The notes beneath the pieces are model-generated. The model did not search any database. It was not told the origin of the DNA and saw nothing but the letters and a program-made list of their open reading frames with translations. From a virus (Duplodnaviria > Caudoviricetes), in the IMG/VR virus record IMGVR_UViG_3300033072_001141, positions 17,794-81,793 of that record: a DNA stretch of 64,000 bases, one strand, 5' to 3'. Positions 17,854 through 27,516 of the stretch are shown here, piece after piece. Every line of letters starts with the position of its first letter. The first letter of the stretch is position 1. The position numbers were made by a program, and so were the translations under genes.

Positions 17854-19259
17854 CCCTCCTCTACCGGATCGACCTCGACGGCCCCTCCGCCAACTGCGTC
17901 TCCGGACGGCTCTGGCGGCGTGGATGTATTGACAACGGCTGGCGAAAAGGAGATCACGGACGACATCATTCTGGCACTGGTGGCGTTATTCAACAGCTCC
18001 AATGTCATCGTCCATTCTTCGGCGGACACCCTGTGTGTTACTTTCTGAACACCATACACACCGTCGAACACTCCTGTCCCGATAATAGTCACCGTCACAC
18101 CCGGAAACAGATCCGGGATTCCGATGGTGGTGATCGTTACCTGGATACCGCCACCCCTTATCGCAGACTCGGACAAGTGGGAGCGCGCCGCGATCAGCGG
18201 CCTTCGCGGGTCTCGCTCCGATACGTATAGATGTGTTCCTACTGTGTCATCTGTTGGATCGTGAGCTACGCGTACAGACGTGTCTTCTACCGTTGTCCCG
18301 CCCGGGACCGCGACAGACTCGCCGGTAGCAGTGGTCGTGTCGTCCTCTCGACGAACCACCACCGTGGTCGCAGTGAGATCGTCGGGACTAACGCCACCGA
18401 TGCGCACGCTGGTGGCATCGCCTGGTAGCCACGTGCCTTCCGCGGAAGTCTCGAACTCCAGGATTGGGAAGTATACGTCGAAATCAGGGTTCCCCCTCAT
18501 AACGAATCCGTATCTCGGAACAGCTCCAGTTAGTGAGTCTCGTGTCAGTATCTTTAGCGTCTGCCTCCCCTCTGTCAGCCTAGACGGCTCCATCCACGCA
18601 TCGCAGTCTGCGGACCTAACAAGGTGCTGAATGAAAAACCAGTCGGACTGATTTTGCTGAGATACAGACGGTCTTCTCTCCAAAAGCGGATGGTCCGACC
18701 TAAGAATCGACGGAGGTTCCAGGTCGATGTGTTCGTAGCCTGGGCGATCAAGGATTGATTCGATGATGTCGAGGTATGACCTGTTAGTGTACTCCGCGGA
18801 TCTGGATCCGCGGAGGGCGATGAACGCACCGCCTTCTCCGTTCAGCGTCACTGACAGCCCCTCGTCCGGAGTGATCCGGACATCGGGCCTTTGCGACATA
18901 GAGGAAATCCACGGAACAAACCTTCCGATTCTCGGATAGCCGACCTGGCACTCGATCACGTTGCCGATCCTCAGCAGAGGAGAAGCAAGCACACCCATCC
19001 CGATGTCGAATGGAGTGGCCAATGAAACAGTCACCTTACTGTTCATCCCCAGCGACACCTCAATATCAACCGATTCAACGCACGGGAGTCCAGCGATCAG
19101 GGTGTCCCCGTCCAAGCCAAGCGCGGCATCAACGATCGCAAGCGTGTCAGCCGTATGCGCACCTGGGCTGCCTGGGCTCATCCACAGTGGATACACATCG
19201 CCATCTGTGGTCACGATGCGGATAGAGATCTGAAACCCAGACGGATCGATCACAGGCAC
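17850..19259 (-). CDS. Baseplate hub (gp27/P2 gpD-like)
   Basis: 'QQNQSDWFFIQHL', 'IGIPDLFPGVTVTIIG.G.FDGVYGVQKVTH'; lies between LysM and spike genes. Confidence 0.75.
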   Translation of the reverse strand: MPVIDPSGFQISIRIVTTDGDVYPLWMSPGSPGAHTADTLAIVDAALGLDGDTLIAGLPCVESVDIEVSLGMNSKVTVSLATPFDIGMGVLASPLLRIGNVIECQVGYPRIGRFVPWISSMSQRPDVRITPDEGLSVTLNGEGGAFIALRGSRSAEYTNRSYLDIIESILDRPGYEHIDLEPPSILRSDHPLLERRPSVSQQNQSDWFFIQHLVRSADCDAWMEPSRLTEGRQTLKILTRDSLTGAVPRYGFVMRGNPDFDVYFPILEFETSAEGTWLPGDATSVRIGGVSPDDLTATTVVVRREDDTTTATGESVAVPGGTTVEDTSVRVAHDPTDDTVGTHLYVSERDPRRPLIAARSHLSESAIRGGGIQVTITTIGIPDLFPGVTVTIIGTGVFDGVYGVQKVTHRVSAEEWTMTLELLNNATSARMMSSVISFSPAVVNTSTPPEPSGDAVGGGAVEVDPVEEG

Positions 19260-19263
19260 GACA

Positions 19264-19593
19264 TCACCTTCCTTCCAAGCCGCGCGTGGGACGCCGCAGG
19301 ATCTCGGAGAAGACGCGCCGACCAGACGGGATGCGGATGGTGTCGCCGCTGTTCAGGTCGTTGGGAAGCAGCTCGAACCCGTTCGCGATGGCGATGATCC
19401 ACCACAGCTCGGGCGAGCCGTAGAACCTGGTCGCGATCTTGTCGATGCGGTCGTTCCGATCGACCTTGTACTTGATGTCGTCGGGCGCCACGTCGATCAC
19501 CGGGTACTCGGGGTACTCCCAGTGCTCGACGCCGTCGATGGTGATGAGCCTCGCGTTCTTGAGCCGGCTGGTCTCTCGTAGAGAGACGGTCAT
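19264..19593 (-). CDS. LysM/gp53/gpX-like baseplate protein
   Basis: 'YKVDRNDRIDKIATRFYGSPELWWIIAIANG...DLNSGDTIRIP'. Confidence 0.85.
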   Translation of the reverse strand: MTVSLRETSRLKNARLITIDGVEHWEYPEYPVIDVAPDDIKYKVDRNDRIDKIATRFYGSPELWWIIAIANGFELLPNDLNSGDTIRIPSGRRVFSEILRRPTRGLEGR

Positions 19594-22500
19594 CTAGTCA
19601 TCTCCTCGCCGGACCCACCAGCGCGACTGCCCCTTGCTCTAGTAGGCCCGCCGCCCCTGGCCAGCGCCGACCCGAGCTGGCGAACGGCCTCTGGGCCGAA
19701 CGCGGAGACGACCATCTCCCTGGCGATGTCGCGCGCGCGCTCGCGCCCAGTCGCTTCTTCCGCCGCGGCTGCTGCTTCCATGCGCGCACGTGCTCTCGTG
19801 CGCGGAGCGCCGATGTCCGCGCCTCCACCAGCTCCGCCGGCCGCATCCTCGACGGTGCGCGCCGCGACCGGCGGTCTCGTGTCGTCGTCCTCCGTTACCG
19901 GGGTGACCACGGTGGTCCCGGTCTCCGTGGTCGTGGTCGCCACGTCCGGCAGCGCCCCTTCGAGGTCCTGCACGTCGGTGCCGATAGCGCCCAACCGTTC
20001 TGCCGCACGCTCCAATGTTGAGTCGAGACGTTCTCCGAAGGAGTCGATCCCGGCAAGCTCGCGGGTCATGGCCGCAGCCGCTTCGGACCTCTCGCGGGCC
20101 GCGCGGGCCCGGTTCTCCGCCACCACCGCCGCCAGGGCCGCTTCCGCCGCCACCACTTCGGCGTCCTGCGCCGCCACGGCCGCCGCGCGCTCTCTGCGCT
20201 CGTTCTCGATCTCAGCCCTAGCCGCAGTGATGCGACTCTCCTCCCTGGTCACCTCGGCGTTGAGTGAGGAGACTGCCGCGTCGAGGGAGTCACCCACCAG
20301 ACCCATCGCGGATCGAAGCGGCTCAGGGATGGCGTTGAACGCTGTCTGGATCCCGCTGACGAGCGACTGGATGATCTGCAAGAACGAGATCCGGAGACCG
20401 GCCACGGTCATCTGGATGTTCTCGAAGATGGTCATGAACGAGTCGCCGGCCTGGAGGATCGGCTGCGTGAAGAACCGCCTCACCCTGGTGCCGATGAGCT
20501 GCCAACCCGCAGCAAGAGTGTCACGCGCTCCCTCGAAGGTCGTCCGGAAGTTCCGGATGGCGGAGTTGATAGCAAAGAACGACCTGACGGCGAACCGAGC
20601 GACGGACTGGAAAACAGGAATCCACCCTCTGAACCTGTTGATCGCGTCTGCCTGAGAACGGACGAACGCGTACAGGGCGGGCCGGATGAAGCGCTGCCAC
20701 ATCATCCGGAACGAATCGCCGGTGCTGATGATCTGCTCCTGAGCGCCTTCCTGGCCATCCACGAAGTCCACGGTCCACCACTCGCCGACCAGATCAAGGA
20801 TCGGCTGAATGGTCTCGGACCACAGATCCGCGAACGCGGACCCCACCTCAGAGGTCACGTCCCACGCGATCTCCGCCATCGGCGCGATCACGTCGTCCCA
20901 CGCGTCGCCCATCACTTCGAATGTCGCCACGACGAAGTCGTAAAAGTCGTAGAAGATGGCCATCACACCGCCCTGGTGGAACAGCATGGAAATCTGGTCG
21001 GAGCCGAAAACCTGCTCGAACGGCCACAGCATGATGCCAAGGATCCCGTTCACCTGGTCCATCATGCGGCTCGGCAACGACGCAATACCCTCGATAACTG
21101 AGTCCACCACTTCCTCGCCGAAAAGCCCGCCGAGGATGCCTCTCGCGATCGTCGGAATCTGCCCGATCGTCTCTGAAAAGATGTCACCGAGCAGACCGAG
21201 AATGGTTGGTACGATCTCGTCTGCCGGCATGTCGAATGCGTCTGCGAAGAAGTTCGCGATGTCCCCGTTGAACTCGCCCGTGAATAGGTTCGCGACGAAC
21301 TCGAACGCCTGGCGGAACCCGTCGCCGATGGTTTGACCGACGCTGACCCAGTCCACCGACCGGATCCAGGCGCCAATGTTGAATGCGCCTGCGGCAAGCC
21401 ATTCGAGCCCACCCATGAACGACTGCGCAGCCTCGTGCGCGATCCCGGCCCAGTCGATGCTCTCGAAGAGGTTGGAGATGTCCTCCCAGTAGTAGGTGAT
21501 CAGCCCAGCACCAGCCGCGACACCTGCAACAAGCAGCCCCCATGGGCCGAGGAATCCGACAATGGAGGAGGCGCCGGAACGCAGCCACCTGAACGCCGAA
21601 CCGATTCCAAGCTGGTTCATCGCAAGCAGCATCGGAACGAGCGTGGGTGCGATCTCGGCAAACGCGCTACCCAGTTCTCCTACGAACGGAAGCGCGTCCC
21701 GAAGGTGGCTGGACAAGGATGGAAGGTATCGGTCGGTCACCTCGGTGACCGATTCGACGAATCCTTGCATACCGTAGCGACGGACGTTCAAAAACGCCCT
21801 CGTGAGCAAACCAAGACCTCCATCGCGTGAAGCAAGGTTCCTAACCGTGCCTGCGACACGATCGTAAGCTTCCCGCTGCCGCTGCATCATGACGCGGTCC
21901 ATGTTCATGCCGCGCTGGTGCCTCGTGATCGAGTTGAGGCTTGTCTCGAACCCGTCGCGCAGCCGGTCCATCGACTCGGAGAACGTGCGCGCGGTGCCAG
22001 CTCCAGACCTGGCCATGCGGTTGAACGCGCCCTCGAACTCGCCGACCGGCTGCGTCGCCGCTTCCAGCGCCGCAGAAGCCTCTTCTCCTCCTGTCACGAG
22101 AAACTGAAATTGCTCCGGCATCTGAGCGAGTGCCGTTTGAAGCCGATTGTAGGCGGGACTAGACCTGTCCATCGTAGACACGAGACCACGCAAGCTCTCT
22201 GCGAACCTGATGGGGTCCGACATGAGCATGTTCATGGCCCCATCCACGTCCCCCGATGCGATGGCCAGTTCTTCGAGGAGCGGAGACAGTTCGGATCCGG
22301 TTCCCGTCACCAGTTCCGTCATGGCGCCACGAACGTCCGCCAATCCAGTGAATACGCCAATGGCGGCCTGAGATGCGTCCTCAAAAGATCCGCCAAGGTA
22401 CCTTTGCATCGCCAAGGAGAGACGGGTCACCGATTCAGTCGTCTGCTCGATGGAGAGACCAGAAAACCTTGCTAGCACCGGGTCCGCCGCCGAGATGATC

Positions 22501-23156
22501 TCAGGAAGCCTCCTGACCGCGTCTGCCCCGAACCCAAACGCCTCGCCGATGGCCGTCACACGATCCACCAGCGCCGACGCGCCGTCTGCCCCCAGTTCGT
22601 AGCCCTCGGAGAGCCTGGTGAGCAGGGATGCGAGCTGCTCGCCGGAGAGGATGTTCGCCTGGATGCTGCCCGCCACGGTGCGCAGCGAGATCCCGAAGTC
22701 GTCGAGGCTGTTGCCGCTTCTGGCGATCCCGGTGACCGCGGAGATCATCTCGTTCGCGTCGATGTCGAGCGAGTAGGCGAGGCCGGAGATCTCGCCACGC
22801 ATCCCTTCCACCTGGTCACGCAGCGGACCAAGTCCGACCGTCGCTCGTCTCCACGTGTTCGAGAACTCGACGCCGAACGACTCCAGACCCGTGTCGCTCG
22901 GGTCGATGCCAGCGCGATCGGCCAGGCCCTCCAGCGAGTCGCCGATCCGATCGAGCTGGGCAAGGCTGATCGCTCCGATCGCGTTGCCGAGCCGCTGGAG
23001 CGAGCTGGATGCACGGCCCGCCTCCTCCACGGAGGTGGCAACACGGTCCATGCCCTCGGCGACGTTGCCGGCGGCGCGAGACGCTCCCGCGTCCCTGGCT
23101 CCGAAGACGAAGCCGAGACCCAGGAGGCGCCCCATGCCAGAGCCAACTCCAGCCAT
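19590..23156 (-). CDS. Tape measure protein
   Basis: 1188 aa, helical, central hydrophobic segments, C-terminal coiled coil; lies between tail chaperone and LysM genes. Confidence 0.8.
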   Translation of the reverse strand: MAGVGSGMGRLLGLGFVFGARDAGASRAAGNVAEGMDRVATSVEEAGRASSSLQRLGNAIGAISLAQLDRIGDSLEGLADRAGIDPSDTGLESFGVEFSNTWRRATVGLGPLRDQVEGMRGEISGLAYSLDIDANEMISAVTGIARSGNSLDDFGISLRTVAGSIQANILSGEQLASLLTRLSEGYELGADGASALVDRVTAIGEAFGFGADAVRRLPEIISAADPVLARFSGLSIEQTTESVTRLSLAMQRYLGGSFEDASQAAIGVFTGLADVRGAMTELVTGTGSELSPLLEELAIASGDVDGAMNMLMSDPIRFAESLRGLVSTMDRSSPAYNRLQTALAQMPEQFQFLVTGGEEASAALEAATQPVGEFEGAFNRMARSGAGTARTFSESMDRLRDGFETSLNSITRHQRGMNMDRVMMQRQREAYDRVAGTVRNLASRDGGLGLLTRAFLNVRRYGMQGFVESVTEVTDRYLPSLSSHLRDALPFVGELGSAFAEIAPTLVPMLLAMNQLGIGSAFRWLRSGASSIVGFLGPWGLLVAGVAAGAGLITYYWEDISNLFESIDWAGIAHEAAQSFMGGLEWLAAGAFNIGAWIRSVDWVSVGQTIGDGFRQAFEFVANLFTGEFNGDIANFFADAFDMPADEIVPTILGLLGDIFSETIGQIPTIARGILGGLFGEEVVDSVIEGIASLPSRMMDQVNGILGIMLWPFEQVFGSDQISMLFHQGGVMAIFYDFYDFVVATFEVMGDAWDDVIAPMAEIAWDVTSEVGSAFADLWSETIQPILDLVGEWWTVDFVDGQEGAQEQIISTGDSFRMMWQRFIRPALYAFVRSQADAINRFRGWIPVFQSVARFAVRSFFAINSAIRNFRTTFEGARDTLAAGWQLIGTRVRRFFTQPILQAGDSFMTIFENIQMTVAGLRISFLQIIQSLVSGIQTAFNAIPEPLRSAMGLVGDSLDAAVSSLNAEVTREESRITAARAEIENERRERAAAVAAQDAEVVAAEAALAAVVAENRARAARERSEAAAAMTRELAGIDSFGERLDSTLERAAERLGAIGTDVQDLEGALPDVATTTTETGTTVVTPVTEDDDTRPPVAARTVEDAAGGAGGGADIGAPRTRARARMEAAAAAEEATGRERARDIAREMVVSAFGPEAVRQLGSALARGGGPTRARGSRAGGSGEEMTR

Positions 23157-23632
23157 TACGAGACCCTCCCAAAGACCGCTTCGGCGTCAGGCCATCCACG
23201 AATCAAACGCCCCCACACGCGCTTCGGATCCACGCCCGCTTCTTCGGCCCATTCGACTAGCAGCGCCGTCCTTCCTCCAATGGTCAGCGACCGACTGTTT
23301 CGCCGGTTCCGGTTTTGCTCGACGGACGTGGCCCACCGCACGTTGCCCGGCTCATACCCACGGTTCACGTCGATGCGATCGAGCGAATGCTTGGAGCTGG
23401 GGCGCCTACCGATGTGCGCAAGGAACGCCGCAAACCCGTCCGTGCCACGCCATTCGTCTGCGACCCGAACACCGCGTCCGCCGTAGAGCGCCCGCTTGGG
23501 GTGGTTCTCGTTGTGGCATCGGGCCTGCATCTCCGACCCGTACATGAGGTTGCCGGACTGGATCCGCGGCGACGTGGACAGGACGGACCACTGCCCGACC
23601 GAAGACGGAACCGCCTTGCGATGTGCAGGCAT
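23156..23632 (-). CDS. HNH/His-Me finger homing endonuclease
   Basis: 'YGGRGVRVADEW..FAAFLAHIGRRP..SLDRIDVNRGYEPGNVRWAT..QNRNRR'; paralogue of 5800-6417. Confidence 0.85.
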   Translation of the reverse strand: MPAHRKAVPSSVGQWSVLSTSPRIQSGNLMYGSEMQARCHNENHPKRALYGGRGVRVADEWRGTDGFAAFLAHIGRRPSSKHSLDRIDVNRGYEPGNVRWATSVEQNRNRRNSRSLTIGGRTALLVEWAEEAGVDPKRVWGRLIRGWPDAEAVFGRVS

Positions 23633-23671
23633 CTACCGTACCTCCATTCCGCCGCCGACACCACCAGCCAC
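23633..23671 (-). pseudogene. 12-codon mini-ORF resembling the tape-measure 5' end (MAGGVGGGMEVR*)
   Basis: GTG GCT GGT GGT GTC GGC GGC GGA ATG GAG GTA CGG TAG; its stop abuts the HNH ATG; tape measure begins MAGVGSGM. Confidence 0.6.
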
Positions 23672-23674
23672 CGA

Positions 23675-23863
23675 TCACCTCTTGCCCTTGCCCTTCGGCT
23701 TGTTCGCCGCGACGTACCTGTCGAGGTGTTCCTTCTCCTGACAGAACCGCTTCCGCCTGCCCGCCGGCATCGACATGATCGCGTCGTACGGCTGGCGGAG
23801 CCGCTCCATTAGGTAAAAGACCTCCTGTTCGAGTGCTTCCGCTGAGCCGATGGGAAGAAAAAA
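23675..23863 (-). CDS. -1 frameshift extension of the tail assembly chaperone (lambda gpGT-like)
   Basis: Open -1 frame after the slippery site: '..AEALEQEVFYLMERLRQPYDAIMSMPAGRRKRF..'. Confidence 0.7.
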   Translation of the reverse strand, partial: FFLPIGSAEALEQEVFYLMERLRQPYDAIMSMPAGRRKRFCQEKEHLDRYVAANKPKGKGKR

Positions 23864-24783
23864 CTGCGCTGCCCCAGGTCGAGACGACCGATGAACGACT
23901 TCTTGCACTTGGGGCAGTCGAAGTCGATGTCGGTCTCCACGCCCGGCTCATGCCTCATGAACTCGTCGCGGAGGTACTGCCGATCGTTCACCGGGAGGTT
24001 CTTGATGACCTGCCGGATCTCAGCGAGGCGCCGCGCCATGTTCTTGAGCATCTTCCCCTTGTCGGGGTCGATCACCTCGCTGGGCCGCACGTCCACCTTC
24101 ATGCCGTTCAGCATCGTCAGGCGGATGAGGATGCCCCAGGTGAACATCTCGTGCTGAGCCATGTCGTTCTGGATCACGGCCGAGAGGATCTGGTCCTGGT
24201 CGAACGAGGTGACGCGCCACGAGTAGTCGAAGCCCGAGTCCGGGAGCTTCCCCTCGAAGCTCCTCTGGGTCGGGTCCTCCATCTCGTACAGCTCCAGGTC
24301 CGAGAGGTCGATCTTGAAGTCCGAGTCGGCCCCGCACTTCGGGCACTCGACCCGCATGTCGTAGATGTCCTTCGTCGTCCTCCAGTGGCTCACGCGCCGG
24401 AGGCAGATGAGGAGATGCTGTCGCGACCCGGCCGGAAGACTCCGGATGGCCTTGATGATCTGCTGCTTCTCCGTGAACGTCCCGAAGCGCTCGCAGCACT
24501 GCGTGAGGACGCCGGTCATGCGGGTGAAGAAGGGGACCGCGTCGTTGGAGAGAAGGTCCTCCTCGTGACCCGTCATCGCTCGGAGCTGGACCTCGGTGTG
24601 GACGATCCCTTCGTCGTCGAGGTAGCCGCCGACGATGTGGAAGACCCCCTTCTCGGCTGCCCCGTCCGTGATCGGCTGATAGCCGTCGTCGGTGTCGAGG
24701 ATGCCGCCCTCGGCCTGCGAGAGGTACTTCGACTTCTGACCGCGCTCACCGCCGCCATCGGCGACTTCGTCCTTGCCTGCCAT
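23809..24783 (-). CDS. Tail assembly chaperone / T4 gp26-like protein
   Basis: 'LRAMTGHEEDLL', 'L..G.RQHLLICLRRVS', two CPKC motifs; start re-called at ATG 24783. Confidence 0.7.
   Translation of the reverse strand: MAGKDEVADGGGERGQKSKYLSQAEGGILDTDDGYQPITDGAAEKGVFHIVGGYLDDEGIVHTEVQLRAMTGHEEDLLSNDAVPFFTRMTGVLTQCCERFGTFTEKQQIIKAIRSLPAGSRQHLLICLRRVSHWRTTKDIYDMRVECPKCGADSDFKIDLSDLELYEMEDPTQRSFEGKLPDSGFDYSWRVTSFDQDQILSAVIQNDMAQHEMFTWGILIRLTMLNGMKVDVRPSEVIDPDKGKMLKNMARRLAEIRQVIKNLPVNDRQYLRDEFMRHEPGVETDIDFDCPKCKKSFIGRLDLGQRSFFFPSAQRKHSNRRSFT
23857..23863 (-). promoter_or_regulatory. -1 ribosomal slippery heptamer T TTT TTC
   Basis: Zero frame AGT TTT TTC; XXXYYYZ in the correct phase near the end of the chaperone ORF, upstream of tape measure. 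Confidence 0.75.
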
Positions 24784-24823
24784 CTTCTTCTCCTTCTGCT
24801 GCGCAGCCACGGGCTGCGCCACT

Positions 24824-25492
24824 TCACGCGCCCATCGAGCGCGAGAGCCTGTCCATCCACTTCTTCCGCTTCTTGCCGTCCATGGGCATCCGCCGAACCA
24901 TCGGCGTGCCGATCGGCCTCGGGAAGGCCGCAACGTTCGCGGTCGTGGTGTCCTCGTCGATCTTCCTCACGTAGACGACCTCGCCGTCGCCGACGGTGTC
25001 GTTCTTCTTGATGGTCGCCCGCCCCTTGTCCTCGTGCTCGTCGCACACCGGAACGTACGCGCGCCCCTCGGCCCAGATGAGGCTCTTGCTCGCCTGGTGG
25101 GCGCAGAACGCGCACTTCTGGGGCTTCGACGCCGTGCCGGTGAACTGCTCCGCCTCGCCGAGGTCCTTGCGCGGCTTGGCCTTCGGCCTGGGCCCCTTGA
25201 GGGCCGTCGTCCGATGCTTCTCGGACGCGTCGAAGTGCATCGGCCCCAGCGGCTTGTCGCCGGCTGTCTTGGCCCTCTTGGCCTTGTCCTTCTCGACGTA
25301 GCCCTGGATCTGACCTTCGCCGTCCTGCCCGTCCTCGCCGGCCAACTGGAGGAAGAAGACCGAGAGCGGAACGAACTTCGATCCCGGGACAGCTCGACTG
25401 GCCGCCCCCGCGCTGGCCATGCCGTACGGCGCAGCGGCGCCAGCCGTGCCGATGGGGGACGAGATCGCGCGCGTGGAATGACCGAGGGGCAC
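24824..25492 (-). CDS. Hypothetical protein, possible internal head protein
   Basis: Contains CAFC..VCDEH and 'IDEDTTTANVAAFPRPIG'. Confidence 0.55.
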   Translation of the reverse strand: MPLGHSTRAISSPIGTAGAAAPYGMASAGAASRAVPGSKFVPLSVFFLQLAGEDGQDGEGQIQGYVEKDKAKRAKTAGDKPLGPMHFDASEKHRTTALKGPRPKAKPRKDLGEAEQFTGTASKPQKCAFCAHQASKSLIWAEGRAYVPVCDEHEDKGRATIKKNDTVGDGEVVYVRKIDEDTTTANVAAFPRPIGTPMVRRMPMDGKKRKKWMDRLSRSMGA

Positions 25493-25501
25493 GTCCCGAG
25501 A

Positions 25502-25969
25502 CTACTCGATCCCGGCCGCGGTTGCCCTACGCGACTGGTATGCGCGCTCGCACGCCCGGCAGACACGCCATCCGTTTCTCCGGATCCTGGTGTTCTCCTC
25601 GGTGTACGGATGCCCGTTGGCGCAGTGGGTTCGCGCCGCCGGTTCGGAGAACGGCTTCCTCGCGGCCATGTGCAGGCGGTGCGTCCGGATCCGGTGGCAG
25701 TTCGCGCACACCACGTCGCACTTCGCGACCTCCTTCAAGATCTCCGTCTCGTTGAACTTTCCAGACGAGACGGCTCCACCGAGCGCGATGCGCTTCGTCG
25801 ATGGATCCCGATGGTCGAAATCCATGACGTACGGCGGGTATTTGATTCCACAGTCAGCGCAAGGCTTGTCCTTGAGCGCGTACAGAAACTCGCGACGCCG
25901 CGCCCTCAGCCTCCGCAAGCTCTCGGCGACCGCGGCCTTCCGCGCTGGGCTGGCGTCGTACGCGCTCAC
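25502..25969 (-). CDS. HNH endonuclease with C-terminal Cys/His finger
   Basis: 'PCADCG..YPPYVMDFDHRDP...KCDVVCANCHRIRT' plus 'THCANGHPYTEENT...RVCRAC'. Confidence 0.85.
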   Translation of the reverse strand: MSAYDASPARKAAVAESLRRLRARRREFLYALKDKPCADCGIKYPPYVMDFDHRDPSTKRIALGGAVSSGKFNETEILKEVAKCDVVCANCHRIRTHRLHMAARKPFSEPAARTHCANGHPYTEENTRIRRNGWRVCRACERAYQSRRATAAGIE

Positions 25970-26346
25970 GCGAACTCGGTCACCGAGTCCTCGACGTGCA
26001 GCTCGGCATACTGCACGACCGGATGTCGTACCGGAGGGCTCGTCCCGTGCGCCGGGAACTCGACCCAGATGTCGTACCTGTACGTTCCGGCCTGTAGCTG
26101 CGCCGTGTCCGTCGTATCGAGGGTGACGACCGCCACCCCCTTGAACGGATCCGTCACCACGATCCCGCTTCCAGTGGTCTTCGAGATCAGCACCGGCGAC
26201 CCAGCCGTCTTGCGGACGCTCATGTAGAGCGTCGCGCCCTCAAGCCTGGCCTCTCGCCCCTCCTTGGTCTTCACTCGGACGGAAAACGTCTTCGTCTGGC
26301 CCTGGACCAGACGAAGCGCGTTGAGTCTGTTCGGGGGGTGGGGCAC
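25966..26346 (-). CDS. BppU N-terminal-like structural domain protein
   Basis: 'LVQGQTKTFSVRVK...LEGATLYMSVRK...KGVAVVTLDTTDT..AGTYRYDIWV'. Confidence 0.6.
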   Translation of the reverse strand: MPHPPNRLNALRLVQGQTKTFSVRVKTKEGREARLEGATLYMSVRKTAGSPVLISKTTGSGIVVTDPFKGVAVVTLDTTDTAQLQAGTYRYDIWVEFPAHGTSPPVRHPVVQYAELHVEDSVTEFA

Positions 26347-26372
26347 AGATCACATCCTACCCGGAGGCGCGA

Positions 26373-26675
26373 TCAGCATCCAGGATCCTCGTCCTCGACA
26401 ACGGCAACCAGATCGCTGTCAGCCGCCACGAGCGCGTCCAGCTCGGCATCCTCGTACACGGCGGCCTGCAACGAGAACACGGCGTGCTCCTCGACGACCG
26501 CTTCGAGGTCCAGATCGTCGATGATGCCGATGACCCAGCCATCCTCGACGTACCCGCCGCTCGGGAACGCCGGGACGATGTCAGGCAGGACGATGTAGCC
26601 GCGGGTGGCGATCCCGTACTCACCGTCGAGCCGGCCCCTCGTTGCGATATGAAGGGGCTGGATCAGCACGATCAC
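26373..26675 (-). CDS. Hypothetical acidic protein
   Basis: 100 aa, 4-nt overlap with the upstream gene. Confidence 0.55.
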   Translation of the reverse strand: MIVLIQPLHIATRGRLDGEYGIATRGYIVLPDIVPAFPSGGYVEDGWVIGIIDDLDLEAVVEEHAVFSLQAAVYEDAELDALVAADSDLVAVVEDEDPGC

Positions 26676-27484
26676 TCCTGACGCTGAACGCGGACCGTCT
26701 TGCCCACCTCTGTCTGAACGAGGGTGATGTCGCCGGCCGTCTGGCCAGACTTGGCGACGCAGAGAGGCGCTTCTGGATCGAGACCAAGGATCCGGTGGAT
26801 CTCGGCCAGCTTCACGGCGAACTCGGTGTCCATGGCGATGGCCACCTGGCCGAGGTGACCAAGCACGATGACCTGGTTGCCCACCGCCGGAACGAACGGA
26901 AGATCTGGCTCCAGCGTGAAGGCACCACCAGCGTACGCCGCGATGCGGCGCGCGACCGCCCCAGAGGCGCTTCGCACAACCACTACCAGGCCATCATAGA
27001 AGCCGTTCGGCTGCCCGGCAGCAGTGTTGACCACGGAAGCCGTGGAGCCCGCCGTGGCCGTCAGGTTGGCCATCACGAGGGCCTGGCCAAGCAGTTCCAC
27101 ACGGTCGTCGGTAGACGCCAGGCGCTCGCCAGCCGACCCCGCCGGGTAGATGCCAGGGAGGGGTTCCGACCACACCGCGTCAGCGATGTCCTCCACGATG
27201 TCCGCCGGGAGCGGACCGACCTGCACCTCGAAGGCGTAGGTGTCCTCCTCCGGGGTGGTGACCTCGACGTACCAGAGACCGTCGGCGTTCGGCGTGAACT
27301 GAATGTAGTACCGGCCGAGACTGATCTCCGTGACGACCGATGCGACACCGGAGACGGATCCGTTGACGGCGATGTACCGGCCAAACGCTCCGTCAAGCAG
27401 ACCCGACACCGGCGTCACACCGTCCACGTCGTACGCGGGGAACTGTAGCTGGACTGGGACGCCCTGTGAGCCGAGGATCGCCAT
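26672..27484 (-). CDS. Virion structural protein, hypothetical
   Basis: Beta-rich; 'GRYYIQFTP...GLWYV', 'ADAVWSEPL'; start ATG 27484 (or GTG 27490). Confidence 0.6.
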   Translation of the reverse strand: MAILGSQGVPVQLQFPAYDVDGVTPVSGLLDGAFGRYIAVNGSVSGVASVVTEISLGRYYIQFTPNADGLWYVEVTTPEEDTYAFEVQVGPLPADIVEDIADAVWSEPLPGIYPAGSAGERLASTDDRVELLGQALVMANLTATAGSTASVVNTAAGQPNGFYDGLVVVVRSASGAVARRIAAYAGGAFTLEPDLPFVPAVGNQVIVLGHLGQVAIAMDTEFAVKLAEIHRILGLDPEAPLCVAKSGQTAGDITLVQTEVGKTVRVQRQE

Positions 27485-27516
27485 GGGCACAGCTTACCCT
27501 GACGAGGTCGCGAGCG

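Noticed and set aside
25492-25969. Start duplication for the HNH at 25502
   Set aside because: MSAYDAS does not match the downstream MPLGHST start
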